DNA from: Callorhinchus milii
Lineage: Eukaryota
Assembly (NCBI RefSeq): GCF_018977255.1
Contig: NW_024704743.1
Span: 69,380,001-69,444,000 of the forward strand
Length of the DNA stretch: 64,000 nt
Direction: 5' to 3'
The translations under genes were made by a program, and so were the position numbers. Numbering within the stretch: the stretch's first letter is position 1; every line of letters begins with the position of its first letter. This document shows positions 25,461 to 39,051 of this stretch, piece after piece. The notes beneath the pieces are model-generated. The model was given only the letters and a program-made list of their open reading frames with translations. It had not been told where the DNA came from and made no database searches.

Positions 25461-25961
25461 GGATAGTAATATTAGTGTTAGGAGCTAATTTTACTTTTCT
25501 CTAAAATATTAATAATTCTGCAATTGATTTCGACGCTACAAAATATGTTAAGTGTCCTCATGTGTGCTTAACCTCTAGGTTAAGCTTCTGAATGTTATAT
25601 GCTACTGTTGCCTTGGAATGATAATGGCCAGCTGTAAATCTTGGAAATTGTTCCATTGACCTTGATTCAGCTGCAGTTAGGTTAAGTCAGAGTATTGGCA
25701 CCATTGCAAAAAAACATTAAGATAATTCTCTTTGTCATTCTGTTTGTGTGCTGCTCAGTTATAATAATATAATAATAATCCTTGGATTTGATACAGCGCC
25801 TTATCACGTCGGTGAAACGTCTCAAAGTGCAAAGTGAAGTGACTGTATATTTTATGGGTGAAACGAGGCAGCCAATTGCGCACAGCAGTGTCCCACAAAC
25901 AGTCGTGGATTGAGTGACCAAATTATTGTTATAATTATTATGGTTCACAACCAATACTAAT

Positions 25962-26326
25962 GTGGAGTCCTGTAGCTCATTGATTAGTCCACTCGCCTTG
26001 CAAGCAAGAGTCCTGGGTTTGATTCCCGGCAGGGCGAAATGTTGGGCAAGTTTCCTTACTCCACACTCCTGTGTTTACCTAGCAGTAAGTAGAAACACAG
26101 TTTTTAGTCGATTGGCAGATCGCTTTTCCAGGGGTAATAATTTCTTAAAAATAAATTGGTCATGTCAATCCACGAATGTTTGTGAGACACTGCTGTGCGA
26201 AATTAGCTGCCTTGTTTCTCCCACAAAATATACAGTCAATTCACTTTACAGTAATATTCTGCAACGTGTTTGAGACGTTTCGAAGACATGATAAGGCTCT
26301 ATGTCAAATACAAGGATTATTATTAT
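25962..26326 (+). mobile_element. tRNA-derived SINE, long subfamily, full length
   Basis: Head, TGTTTACCTAGCAGTAAGTAG block, (TTA)n tail; an opposite-strand tail-only copy sits at 25765-25925. Confidence 0.9.
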
Positions 26327-26509
26327 ATTATGTGTATAATTAGTCAGTCTAACACTTCAAAAAGTCTTGGGGGAGCGCAGCATTGTAGGAGGTGCCGTGC
26401 TTTGGATGGGGCATTAAGCCAAGGTTCCATCTGGCTGATTTGGTGGACTGAACACTATTAGTGAATAGTGCCTGGCTCTAAACAAATCTATTCTCCCAAC
26501 TGATAAGCT

Positions 26510-27058
26510 TGGCAACAGAATGTCAGAATCGAGCCAGCTATCCGTGGTGGCCTTGCTAGTCCAGTTACTGAGTCAGATGGGACTGTGGCACTACAGGGCA
26601 CGACTGATGACGCAGTCTGCCTGGCTCATCAGCAATATTTGGAAAGGCAGACCAGTCACTGGGGGCAGAGATTGTTTCCACTCAGCTCGTCTTTAACCCT
26701 GGAATGCAAAGCCTTAATGGATATGGTGATCCCAGTTGGACAAGCAGTAAGAAAGTTTGCCAGACCGTGTGTTCAATGGCAAGCTTTGTGGTATTAACTA
26801 GTTAGATTCCAGCAGTGTCTCAATGCACGCGCTGGGGACCACAAGCCTGTGCCCTTGCCAACCTGTGCCTAATACTCTCCGGAATTAGGTAAACAGAATG
26901 TGTCCCTCCAGGGAGAAGGGTGCTCATTTTATTCCTATAAAAATCTCGGGAATTTCCACATATAAGTGGGATGCATGGAAGTCTGAGTTTGGTTTGGATA
27001 CGTCTAAGCATGGAGATGGGTTTCTACATGTGTTGGATACTTGGCTGGCCCAAAAAAA
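26510..27058 (+). mobile_element. Unassigned non-LTR retrotransposon 3' fragment
   Basis: Colinear with 16550-17095; ends ggctggcccaaaaaaa. Confidence 0.7.
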
Positions 27059-28004
27059 GGAAAACAAAATCTTTTACAACTTTGAAACTATTTAGAGATA
27101 TGATGTTTTAAAGTCCAGCAATCATTTCCAAAGCAAAAGAGCTGTCAGTCATGCTAATGTTACATATAGGAATATAGGAATTTACAGCACAAAAAATACC
27201 ATTACTGTTTATCTGTTCTGTCCCAGGGAAAATATAATATATTGGATGGTTTGGATGTTTTCAAGTCTGAATGCTTAGAGACTTTGCTACAGCGGGTTTG
27301 CGAAATCTGTTTGGCCAATGTCTTTGATACGAGCTGAGCGAGCACCACACGAATATAGATGCAATGCAATTGCCAGTGATCTATAGTTACCTTGCTTATA
27401 ATTCATTGCTAGAGAATTCAGTGACTAGGTGACCACTTGCAACCTTAAAATCATAAACAAGCTTCTCAAAATAAAGATTCAATTTGTCGGGATAGCAGTT
27501 ATCAGACACCTTACTACCCTCAAGTGACATTAAATCAGAACTGTTTGGTAACACTTACACAAATATAGATTTGTGTGACCTCAGAGGCAGCATCTGAATG
27601 TTTCTGAGCTCATAAGTTGCACAATGTCAACATTGCATTCATTATATTCCTCAGATTGTATCACTAATATTGTAAGAAAAAGAAAATAATAGGCTCTTTG
27701 ATGTCCAATGTCAAAGGCCTGTCCTGTTATTTGGACTTACCATTTAGAACGTTACAATTTAAATACCACTTTCTGCTCAGTTATGCTAGGATTGGCTTCA
27801 GATGCTCTGGGATAGGCAGAGTAAAGTCAGTCAGCTGATGCTGTGGAAGTATATCGAAGTGGAAGGAAGAAACAGTTCAACACCTTCAAAAGGGGAGGAT
27901 TTTTTTTACATTTAGAAAGAGCTTAATAAGAAGAATAATCCTTACGTTTGGTAAGGTGCCTTCACGTCCTGTCTCAAAACACATCACAGGATATACTCAG
28001 CTTC

Positions 28005-28660
28005 CTGTTTTACACTCAACTGTCCTTCATCTCCCACATCTCTGCCCCACCTCTGCAACATCGCCCAGCTCCACCACTGTCTCACATCGCAGGCCTCCGA
28101 GACCCTCATGCACACATTCATGACATCCAGGCTCGACTACGCAAACTTCCTCCACAGGTTGCAGATCATCCAGAGCTCTGCAGCCTGTGTCCTCTCCTGC
28201 ACTAGGTTCTGCGACTCCATCACCTCCATCCTTGCCCAGCTCCCCTGGCTCCCCATAACTCAGAGGATACAGTTCAAGATCCTGGTCCTCACCTTCAAAG
28301 CCCTCCACAGCCTTGCTCCGCCCTATCTCTGTGACTTCCTAAACCCCCTACTAACCTGTCCGATCCCTCCGCTCAGTGGGCTCCGGCCTGCTTCACGTCC
28401 CCCGCCTTTAGCCACTCTGCCCCCACCCTCTGGAACTCCATCCCACAGTGCCTCGGCCTCACTCCCTCCCTTGCCTCCTTCAAAATCCATCTCAAGACGC
28501 TTCTCTTCGACTGTGCCTTTGGTCACCCTCCTAACCCACTCCTCGCCACCCTTCATACTTCCTGATCCCAACCACCAGCTTGGTGCAGATCCCTAACTGT
28601 CCAGTGCCTTGGAATGTCCTCCAGACATGAAAGGCGCTATACAAATGTAATTTGTTGTTG
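28005..28660 (+). mobile_element. 5'-truncated L2
   Basis: TSRLDYAN, LQIIQSSAACVL, QRIQFKILVLTFKALHSLAPPYL; (TTG)n tail. Confidence 0.9.
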
Positions 28661-29879
28661 CTATAAAGTGCAGTGACTTTGTGTTTTGTGGGCAACACTT
28701 GTATTCGTATTGTACCTAAAGTGGAAAGACGCAAAACGCTTTACAAGAAATTACTGTCAAATCTAGTGACTGTTTTTGTAGGAAATTGTGATGACCATTT
28801 GTGCCAACAGGATCTTACGAGATGAATAATCCCACAGGATTGTTGGCCAGGAAACCGGGGAAAAAACTCCCGTCTCTTGAATCGTGTCATGGGATCTTAA
28901 ACATCCAGTTGAACAGACAGAAGTGTTAATACGCAACAATGGATCAAACAAGCTCAATTTTCAAATAAGCATTTTTGCAGAATGATGATTGTTGTAAGCC
29001 AAAACAAACCATAGAAGGTGCTGCCGACAAAGATTGCTTTATTGATCCCTGCAACAGCTGTCGATTAAACAGATTGCAAGAGTAGAGAGAACAATAACTC
29101 AGTGGATGTGGCTTATCTACAGCAACAGTTTCCCTCATAAGAAATGGAACAAATAGTTTTAACAATTGTGAAATATTTGAAGAATTAAAAAAGTGCTAAA
29201 ACCATATTGGATCTATATTGCATACTGTTGCTCTAATATGCCAGTTGTACCACAGAATGTGCTCTGGTAATACCATCCAATTGACTCATAAGTGCTCCAA
29301 GGTGTTACCCCGCGTGAATGCGCTATATAAATGCAAGTTGTTGTTGGTGGTTTAAGGATCAGGAATTGCTTTAAGCTGTTGAAGCAAATATTTTAAACTT
29401 GAAATTTCAAGTTTGCAAAATTATGAGCGGGACAGTGGACAACCTTTACTTTATAATGTCAGTGAGGAGCTGACAGTCATGCCATCATAACACTTACAAT
29501 ACATAATAATAATCCTTGCATTTAATATAGTGCTTTTCATGTCTTCTCGACGTCTCAAAGCGGTTCATAGAATATGCTGTAAAGTGAATTGACCGTATAT
29601 TTGTGGGCGAAACGCGGCAGCCAATTGTGCATAGCAGTGTCTCACAAACAGTCGTGGATTGAAAATGACCAATTTATTATTGTTTTGGAGGGATTATTAT
29701 TGGATTATAGGAGGGATTATATAACTGGCATTTGGATATGAGTTGCTGAATCATTGCACATGCAGTGCTCCAACTTTGCATAAAAGAGTGGAATGGGGAG
29801 CAGGTAATGTAGTTCTTTGCTACCAGCTCTCACCGCTATGCTTCAGGTGCTGGTTTAACGTGCTGTTTTCAGTGCTTGG

Positions 29880-30335
29880 GGTCAGCCTGGCTCTGAGGTA
29901 GAAGATAGTGTGTTCAAGCCTAATATCTAGGCTGAAAATTTAATCCTGTACTGGGGGTGTGCTGCCATCAGAGATCCTATCCTTTGGTTGAGACATTAAA
30001 CCAAGGTCCCGTCTCTTTATTCAGCTGGACATTAAAGATCTCATGGCACTGTAGAATGGAGTTTCTCCTGGTGTCATGGCCAACAATCCCCCAGATAAAA
30101 GTGCTCATTCGTTTCATGGCTGGTTGTGGGAATTTCGGTGTGTGCAAATTGGCTACTGCATTTCCAAGCGTTCTGGGACACTATCCTGAGTAAGGGGTGG
30201 TATATAAATGCAAGTTGTTGTTGTTGCATTTGCTTACAAATACTCAGTCACTGCACTGTGCAGTCAAATCCTGTGAACTGTTTTGAAATGTCCTTGCGTG
30301 AAAGGCATTATCAAATACAAGAATTATTATTTTAT
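29880..30335 (+). mobile_element. Deu-domain SINE with double tail
   Basis: gagacattaaaccaaggtcccgtct...cagctggacattaaagatctcatggcact core. Confidence 0.7.
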
Positions 30336-30614
30336 TAATATTAGAATAGTAGTAATATTATTAGGATTTATATCAGCATCAAAGTGCATGAAAATAAAAA
30401 CATGAAATAAAATGGCCAACACAGTGAGCCTGGAATCTGCTGGAGTGGCTATCAATCTGGAGGGGAGCATAATAATAATAATAATAATCCTTGCATTTTA
30501 TATAGCGCTTTTCACGTCGGGAGGACGTCCCAAAGCGCTTCACAGAACACACTGTAAAGTGAATTGACTGTATGTTTGTGGGCATGACAATGAGATTACA
30601 GTAATAAAGCTAAT

Positions 30615-30960
30615 ACAATACAAAAAAAATATTTGTAAAGCGCCTTTCACATCTGGGGGACGTCTCAAGGCGCTGAACAGTCAGGGATTAGGACCTGAGC
30701 GGGTGTGGTGGAGGTTGGGATCAGAAAGGATGGAGGGCAGAGGGAGTAGGAGTGGCCGAAGGCACGGTAGAAGAGGAGGGTCTCGAGGCATGCCTTGAAG
30801 GAGGCAAGAGAGAGAGCGAGACAAAGGGAATGTGGGATAGAGTTCCAGAGGGTCGGGGCAGAGAGGCTGAAGGCCAGACTGCCGATGTTGGGGCAGGCCG
30901 GGCAGGCTGGGCGGGGGTCATGGAGTAGGCTGGAGCCTGCTGAGCGGAGTGAGCGGACTG
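30615..30960 (-). mobile_element. L2 3' fragment
   Basis: aagcgcctttcacatctgggggacgtctcaaggcgctg tail and L2 3' coding end; SINE tail also at 30469-30583 (-). Confidence 0.82.
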
Positions 30961-30981
30961 GTTGTTAAAGGATGCTGACAA

Positions 30982-31300
30982 GTGGAGACCTGTAGCTCAG
31001 TGGTTAGAGCACTCGCTTTGCAAGTGAGAGACCTGAGTTCAATTCCAGGCAGGGCGAAACCTTGGGCAAGTTTCCTTACTCCACACGCCTAATAATAATC
31101 CCTCCAAAAAAAACACTAATAAATTGGTCATTTTCAATCTACGACTGTTTGTGGGAAACTGCTGTGCGCAATTGGCTGCCGCGTTCGCCCACAAATATAC
31201 AGTCAATTCACTTTACAGTATATTCTGTGAAGTGCTTTGGGACGTCTAGAAGACGTGAAAAGCGCTATATCAAATGCAAGGATTATTATTATTATATTAT
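30982..31300 (+). mobile_element. tRNA-derived SINE, short subfamily, full length
   Basis: Head to (TTA)n; TAGAA loop. Confidence 0.93.
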
Positions 31301-32214
31301 AATCTCAGTAGCATCAATCCTTTAATATTAGGCAATTGTGTAGGATAACATTGCGTCAGCTAACAATTATAAAAAGGGCTAGCCGAGAGCATAGCAGGAG
31401 CTCCCTGATGCTGTAAGAATTATGGAATCTGCATTGAACAATATATTTGGAGAGAGGATCTAATATATGGTGATTCTTAATGGGATTCCTTATAAAGAAT
31501 CTCAGTGGTAACTAGTACTGTATACATGTTTTGTAGCAAACATGTCACACATATCACATTGATTTACAGAAATTTTGTCCCAAAAATAATTGCGCCAAAG
31601 CGCAAGTCAGCATGACATACGTTTGGTTTCTTGATTAAGGAATCCTGTTGGAAATTGTCGCTCATTAGACCCAAATAGCCTAATATTGTATGAAGTTATT
31701 CTGCAGCAGGATATTGAGCATCAGTCTTCCTTTCCTGCTGGTGAATGTAACATAATATACAGCTGACCTGATAAAAGCTATAAATAAACTCCCCAAATGG
31801 CAAGAGATCAAATGTGAAAGTCGTGAGGTGCAATGAGAAAAATAAAGTGAGAAATGGCAGTGGAGTGCAAAGGGCAGACAAAAGACAGACTGGAAGTTAG
31901 GCAGGAAAGTGAGTGAGTGAAGGCAGAAGTCAGGTTACTCCTTTTGTATTGCATATGTCACATTGGAATTTCTGACCTCAGATATATACCATTTTTGTCA
32001 ATTAAAATGATATTTCATTTCTTAACTGGTTGACTTAACAAGACCTCTAACTGAACTTCCAGTGAGTGAACATCCAGAGCCACAAAATCTCCAATGAGAA
32101 CCAATAATGCAGTTGCTACTTATCCAGGTCACTTGCAGCTGTCAATAAAATCATGCAACATGAATTGTAAGAGGCTGCTGACTGGGAAATCTTGAGCACA
32201 GGACCCTGTGTCAT

Positions 32215-32790
32215 TATAATAATAATAATCCTTGCATTTGATATAGCTTCTTTCAAGTCAGGAAGATGTCTCAAAGTACTTCACAGAATTTACTGTGAAG
32301 TGTAGTGACTATTTTGTAAGTGAATGAGGAAGCCAATTTGCAAGCAGGATTGTCCCACAAGCAACCATGAAGTAAACAACCAGTTTTATCTGGGGGGGAT
32401 TATTGGCCAGGACAATGGGAGAATAGATTTGTTTAGAGCCAGGCACTATTCACAAATAGTGTTCAGTCCACCAAATCAGCCAGATGGAACCTTGGCTTAA
32501 TGCTCCATCCAAAGGACGGCACCTCCAACAATACTGCGCTCCCCCAAGAGTTTTGGAAGTGTTAGACTGTCAATTAGTCACTGAGAGCTTTAACTACATA
32601 TAATATACTAATAATAATAATCCTTGCATTTGACACAGCACCTTATCATGTCTTCAAAACGTCTCAAACGCTTCACAGAATATACTGTAAAGTGACTTGA
32701 CTGCTTATTTTGTGGGTGAAACGCAACAGCCAATTGTGCACAGCAGTGTCTCTCAAACAGCCATGGATTAAGTGACCAAATCATTATTAT
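32215..32790 (-). mobile_element. Deu-domain SINE body and tail (32215-32570) plus SINE tail (32605-32790); partly an inverted duplicate of 26155-26498
   Basis: SINE motifs; 154-bp block reverse-complementary to 26345-26498. Confidence 0.8.
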
Positions 32791-34189
32791 TTTTTTCCCA
32801 GTCATGCTGGGAATGAAGAATTGATGCAAATTTATAAATTGCTATTAATGTTGCTCTTCAATTGTAGCTACGGTAAATGTTAATTTGGCTCAATTGATAA
32901 CGCTCTTGCTTCTTGACCAACACATGGCAGGTTTGAGTTCATAATTTAGATTGGTTGACATTAAATGCAGTACTCAAGGTGTTCTCCTGATCCTTGGCCA
33001 ATATTCTTCCCTCATCCAATTCACTCGAAGACAAACAGTTTAAGTGATCAACCATCTCACTGCTGGTTGTGAGATACTGCTACAGAGATTAGTGACGGTG
33101 TTTGTTTACGTAACAATAGTTGGAGCTCATTGTGTGAAGTGCTTGACACCTTTAGTGTGACAAGGTGCTATATTAAACGATTGACTGTTAAATATATGTG
33201 TGTGAGCAATTCTATGTTGGCCTACAAAGTCACACCATTTTACAGTATATCCCATGGGGCATTTTTTAAACATATAAAGTGGTGGCGAAAATCCCCACCA
33301 GCTCCTACGAATTGCCCAGCAGTAATTTCAAAAGTCCTCACCGGTAAATTGCCCTTTCATAATAATAATAAAGGTAATGGCAATTTAGTCGGCAGTTGCC
33401 AAATGGTCACCTTTTAGGCAGTTTTTACAGAATTTTAAGCACATTGTACAGAATATTATTTGATAATTAAAGACATTGTATGATTATTACGTAATAGATT
33501 CCTGCTTTCATATTATTTCAATCATCATAAGGTTTGAGACAAATACATGAAGCATTATGTCATTTGTAGATATCTGTTTTTAATATTTTTGGATCTGAGA
33601 TAAAAGTGCCCCTTTGTGTTTAGTCCCATGAGTAACAATTCAGTGACATTTCCTTAAAAAAGCCCTGATATCCTGTGAAGCACTTTGAGATGCTCTCATG
33701 TGAAAGATGTTATATCAAACATTATAGAATATGGAATCCTACAGCACAAAATGAAGCCATTTGGGCCATCTCTTTGAAAGAGCTATCCAATTAGTCCCAC
33801 TCCCTCACTCTTTCCCCATAGCCTTCCAGCTTTTTAGGTCATTTGGCCCTTCGCATCTATTATTTATTATTACGTTAAATCACATTAAAATTCAGTTTTC
33901 ACTGCCCGTCACTGAAGCACTATCTATGTGAAGGGGGCTATATAAATGCAAGTTGTTGTTTTCTTCTCTCAATAGCTGATCGGAGACAGAGGATAGTCTG
34001 TGTGGGCTACAAAGCTGCACAGCAATGAAATCCACATTTCAGTACCTCTCCTGTACCTTCTGATGGTTTATAAGCTATCTGTGCTGTTCATTCTCCTGCT
34101 ACACTAATCGTTACACAAAATACACCTACATGATGATGCTAACCTTTGTACATATCCACCTTTATTTGTGATGTAACATTGAGGATTGT

Positions 34190-34505
34190 TGATAATAATG
34201 ATAATAATAATCCTTGCATTTGATATAGCACCTAAGGTACTGTAACAAAGAGCTTCACAGAATATACTGTAAAGTGAATTGACTGTATATTTTTGGGCAA
34301 AATGCAGCAGCCAATTGAGCACAGCAGTGTCCGACAAACAATCATGGATTGCGTGACCACATTATTATTATTTTTTTGAAGGGATTATTACCTCCAGAAA
34401 AACAATTCACCAAACGACTGACAACTGGGTTCCTATTTACTGCTAGGTATGTGTATGTGTGGAGTAAGGAAACTTGCTTTAAGTTACGCTCTGCCTGGGA
34501 ACTAA
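34190..34505 (-). mobile_element. Long-subfamily SINE, 5'-truncated
   Basis: gggttcctatttactgctaggta block, standard tail. Confidence 0.82.
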
Positions 34506-36536
34506 AACTAACAGAGTTAAGTGGATGCTAAAAAGTCTATGGGAATGTTAAATATCTAAAAGAGGATTGGGTAAACATTTGAAGAACAACACCAGGCAAC
34601 CGAACATAGTGAGCAGATATCCCATTCCAGCATCGTGGCTGTTGCTGGAGGGCAGCTGGTGTGGGTCAGGTGTGACCGCAGATGGGTTGTAGCAAGGTGT
34701 CCATCACGTCAAGCGCACCCCCCCCGCACCCCCGCTTTAGCAGGTTAGTTTGGCAGGGAGGCAACTTCAATGCGTTTTCACAATGGCCAGAGGTTCCCTC
34801 TCCGCCTCAAGGCTCTATGCAATTGCATGGATTCCACCACGTGCCTAACACTGCCACTGTAACCTTCTTTGTACATGATGTAGATACTCTATCATTCTAT
34901 ATTGCATGAATTGGAGGAGTAATACTTGATGCTATAGTAATAGAATGTGGCTTTGGAATAAACCTACAGGTTTTACTTGTTAATCCAGAGAAACCTGGTA
35001 GTAGCTCTCTCAAACTCTGCAAACACCTAGAAGAGAATGGACTTGTATTGGAGAGTATTGGGAACCAGAGATTATAATTGGCAATTCATTCATCTTAATG
35101 AAGGTTGTTTATCCCACGCACAAGCTGGAGAGGAAAAAACATCTGTCCAAATTAGTTTGAATAAAACAAACGAAAGCTGGCTTCATTCACTGGGATATAT
35201 TAAAGTGGATATTTATAACCTTTTAGTGCTCAGATGCATAGGGAAACAGAGCAGATGTTGGCCAGTCAATGCTGAAAATAGATGTGACTTCATGCATTTT
35301 GTAATTGATTCTGTGTTGGCCCTACAGATGAAGCACTTGTAGTAAATAGCAGGGAAAGTTCACTGGCATTGAGACAAATTGTATAATGCCATGGACATAC
35401 AGAGAAATTGTATCCTCTTCTCTGCCAGCAATATCACTTGAGTAATGTTCAAGTTGTCTTATTAATTTTAGCTACCGCCCATGTGTTTAGCCTTTGATCT
35501 GTCAATAAAGTAATCAGCAACTCCATTTTTATTTGGTTAACCTCAATGGTGGGAGTCAGTTTAGCTGAAAATGTCAGCTTTACTGTGAACAGCTGAAATA
35601 GTGGTGTTTCCATTTGGAATAATGTTCAGAAATAAGGAGTCTTTTTACTCTCTGTAAAGAGAGAGGGAGGGGGAAAACATTTTAAGTGAAATAAATGATG
35701 CCAAAATATAATAAAATAATAAACAAAGTTCACAGGAATATAGGCCAAGTGACCGTTTCAGATTATCTTTTAAATCACATTCCTGCTGAAGTTCAGTAAA
35801 AAAACAAGTTCATAAATATTTTCAAAGGACCTTCATCCTTCATCATCAAAGCTGTATTATTGATAAGTTATCCATCCACAGATACCCTGGAGATCAATAT
35901 AAATATAATGAAATGTGTTAAAAACACCTCCACCAGTTAGTTATATTTGACAAGCTCTTAGTAAAGTTTACAGAATATCTTTGAAATGTCTCAAAATCTG
36001 TTTTTTTCACCTCTGAATTTCTCTCAAATCTTTAGTTCTTACCCTGAAGGTGACAACCTGTGCTGGAGTTTAAGAGTTTTACGGGAATAGTGAACATTTG
36101 TCTTTGGAGCCTCCTAAATGCCTAGAAATTGTACAGTGTGGGTTGAATTTGATGCAATCTGAACAATTTCCTGGTAACTCAGTTATTAAATATCCTGAAA
36201 ATTAAAAAAAGTTCTACAGGGTCTTTCATTTATTTGGTTTTACAAGAAGCAAGTTTTTGTAAATAATTAACAGGACATGTACATTTAAGACGGTTTGTTT
36301 CTTCATTCATTAATATTAATATTTAAAGTCAGCATTTTTGCCCACAATTCAAAATCTTATATGATCCATGCATCCAATGCGAGAGGTTCATGACGAAGGA
36401 ACTTTGATCTGATGCTTTTCACACAACTTAGAAACTGTAATTAAATACCAAAGGCAATTGGATCCAGGGTGAGTCAGATTTAGTTTATTCAGGGAAACTT
36501 TAAACACAAATGCTAAAAAAATTATTGAATATATCA

Positions 36537-36795
36537 TTCAATTCCAGGCAGGGCAAAACCTTGGGCAAGTTTCCTTATTCGATACGTCTAATAATAATCC
36601 TTCCAATAACAAAAACAATAATAAATTGGTCATTTTCAATCCATGGCTGTTTGTGGGACACTGCTGTGCACAATTGGCTGCCACGTTTCGCCCACAAATA
36701 TACAGTCAATTCACTTTACACCATATTCTGTGAAGCGCTTTGAGACGTCTAGAAGACGTGAAAAGCGCTATATCAAATGCAAGGATTATTATTAT
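36537..36795 (+). mobile_element. Short-subfamily SINE, 5'-truncated at the B box
   Basis: ttcaattccaggcagggc ... gacgtctagaagacgtgaaaagcgct ... (TTA)n. Confidence 0.88.
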
Positions 36796-37673
36796 TGTAC
36801 ATCCAAAAGATCAGTTAGATCTTACTATTTAATGAGACAAAAGGTACAAACATTTTAGCTGAATAATATGAAGTTAAAGTGGTGAGTAAAAATAGTAAAA
36901 AGATGTGCCCTTGAAGAATGAAGAATGATTCTTTATTTACAAGCTGAGACTGTCATAATCCTTCAGCCTTTCACTACCTACCTTCCCTGTAGCTTGAGCC
37001 ACACACCAGTAGCCAATGCATCCTGCACAGGGGCAGCTTTACGCCCCAGGGACTTTAAACATCCAACAAAGCATCCCGCTCGCCATACGATTGACATCTC
37101 ATTTATCTATTCATAATCAGAGCTATGAAACAATAGAAGGTGTTTGAGAGGCTTAGATGTTTCTCCTTTAATGAAACAATGGGGTGAAAAGTGTAGTATA
37201 ACTAAACACATTGCATTCCTCAATCAGCAGGGGAATTAAAGAACATCATCGACTGGAAATTCTTTCACAACAGGTTTGGGAGTGAACATTGCCTTGAATT
37301 CCACAGTCTGGTGTTTCCCACAGGCTTCTCAGAATGGAGATAGCTGCCCTCAGTCTGCTATTTTTTAATGAAGGCAGCAATTTTGAATCTGAACCATTAA
37401 AATGTCTCTTTAACATTAAAATTTTATTTTTAATTATTTACTTTTAGGCCAGTTATGCAGCAAAGAGTAAAATTCTCTCCGCAGTCCAGTGAAAGACTTC
37501 CCAATCACACATACGATCACAATGCTACAGTGAGCCAACTACAACAACAGCAACAACTTTGATTTATATAGCGCCCTCCACGCCGGACGGCGTCTCAGAG
37601 CACTTTACAGTAACGGATCCCGGGACCGAGCCAAGGGGGAGGGGGAGGAAGGTGACCAAAGGCGCGGTCGAAA

Positions 37674-38040
37674 AGTCCTTAGCTCAGTGGTTGGAGCATT
37701 CACCTTGCAAGTGAGAGGACCCGGGTTCAATTCGGGTGGGACGAAACCTTAGGTAAGTTTCTTTACTCCACACGCCTCTGTTTACCTAGCAGTACGTAGG
37801 AACCTAGTTGTTAGTCGATTGGTGGATTGCTTTTTCGGAGATAATAATTGCTTCAAAAATAAATAAATAATAACAATAATTTGGTCACTCAATCCACGAC
37901 TGTTTGTGGGACACTGCTATGCGTTTCGTCCACAAAATATACAGTCAATTTACTTTACAGTATATTCTGTGACGTGCTTTGAGATGACTCGAGGACGTGA
38001 TAAGGTGTTATATCAAATGCAAGGATTATTATTATTATTA
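37674..38040 (+). mobile_element. Long-subfamily SINE abutting a minus-strand L2 tail (37540-37673)
   Basis: Head, central block, (TTA)n tail. Confidence 0.88.
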
Positions 38041-39051
38041 ACTATATTTCTATAACATCACGATCCCTGTGTCTACAAAATAGATCACTGGTTCCTTGGA
38101 TGTCATTCTTATATAAACTCAGCATCACACCCAGTGTTGCAAATGATGGGACTTTGCTTTCAGTTCCAGCACCCCTGGTGTAGTTGGTGTATACAGAAGC
38201 ATATAAAGAATAATTTTTGCATTTGATATTGCGTCTTTGAATTTGGGAGGGTGTCTCAAAGCACCACACAAGATTTACTCTAAAGTGACTGTATTTTGTA
38301 GGCAAAAACTTACAAAATACATATTCTGTACAAATTCTGACAGTGCAGAAGGAGGTCATTGGTGCATTGAGCCTTTGCAGTGACAGCAGTACAGGATATT
38401 ATCTTACATCAAGGAAATAAAATTACAGCAGGATATTTTAGAGAAGTTGAAAAAACAGTAAATGTTCCACCAACTTATCTTTCTATTGTTCCTTTTCAGA
38501 AATGATACAGTGCTCTGAGTGCTCTGAGACCCTATCCTCTATGAAGGGCATTATATAAATGCAAGTTGTTGTTGCTGATAGCCCGTTTACTCCCTGAGAT
38601 ACTGACTGGCCTCCCGCGTATTTCCACTGTGTTAATTCTGCAAATGTAATGACTAATTGAAGACAGTGGTACAGTTATCTTTAAAAAGAAGCCTAACTTA
38701 AAAATAGAGAATACTACTCCTGTAATAAATGTAGCTTGCTTTGGGCATGTAGTCTTTGACAGTACAGTGTCATGAATAACTTGGCCAGCCTTTTGAGGTT
38801 GTAATAGGGAGGAGATAGTTACTAAGGTAACCATTCAGATCTGGCAGCTTTCCACATTGTAAAGACAGGAAAGGAGCCATAATCTCATCCAGAACCAAGT
38901 TAAACTCTAATTGAACTCTATATTTGCTTCACTACTCTGATTTTCATCAGGCAGTTTCTCATGGTTTTAAAAAAGATGCCATTGAATTTTCGGGTCATCC
39001 GGGTCAGTTCTTTGTAAGAGTACCAGTATGCTGCTGTTAGAGATAGGCCAC

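Noticed and set aside
34600..34900. GC-richer stretch possibly a LINE C-terminal relic
   Set aside because: Too degraded to assign by eye
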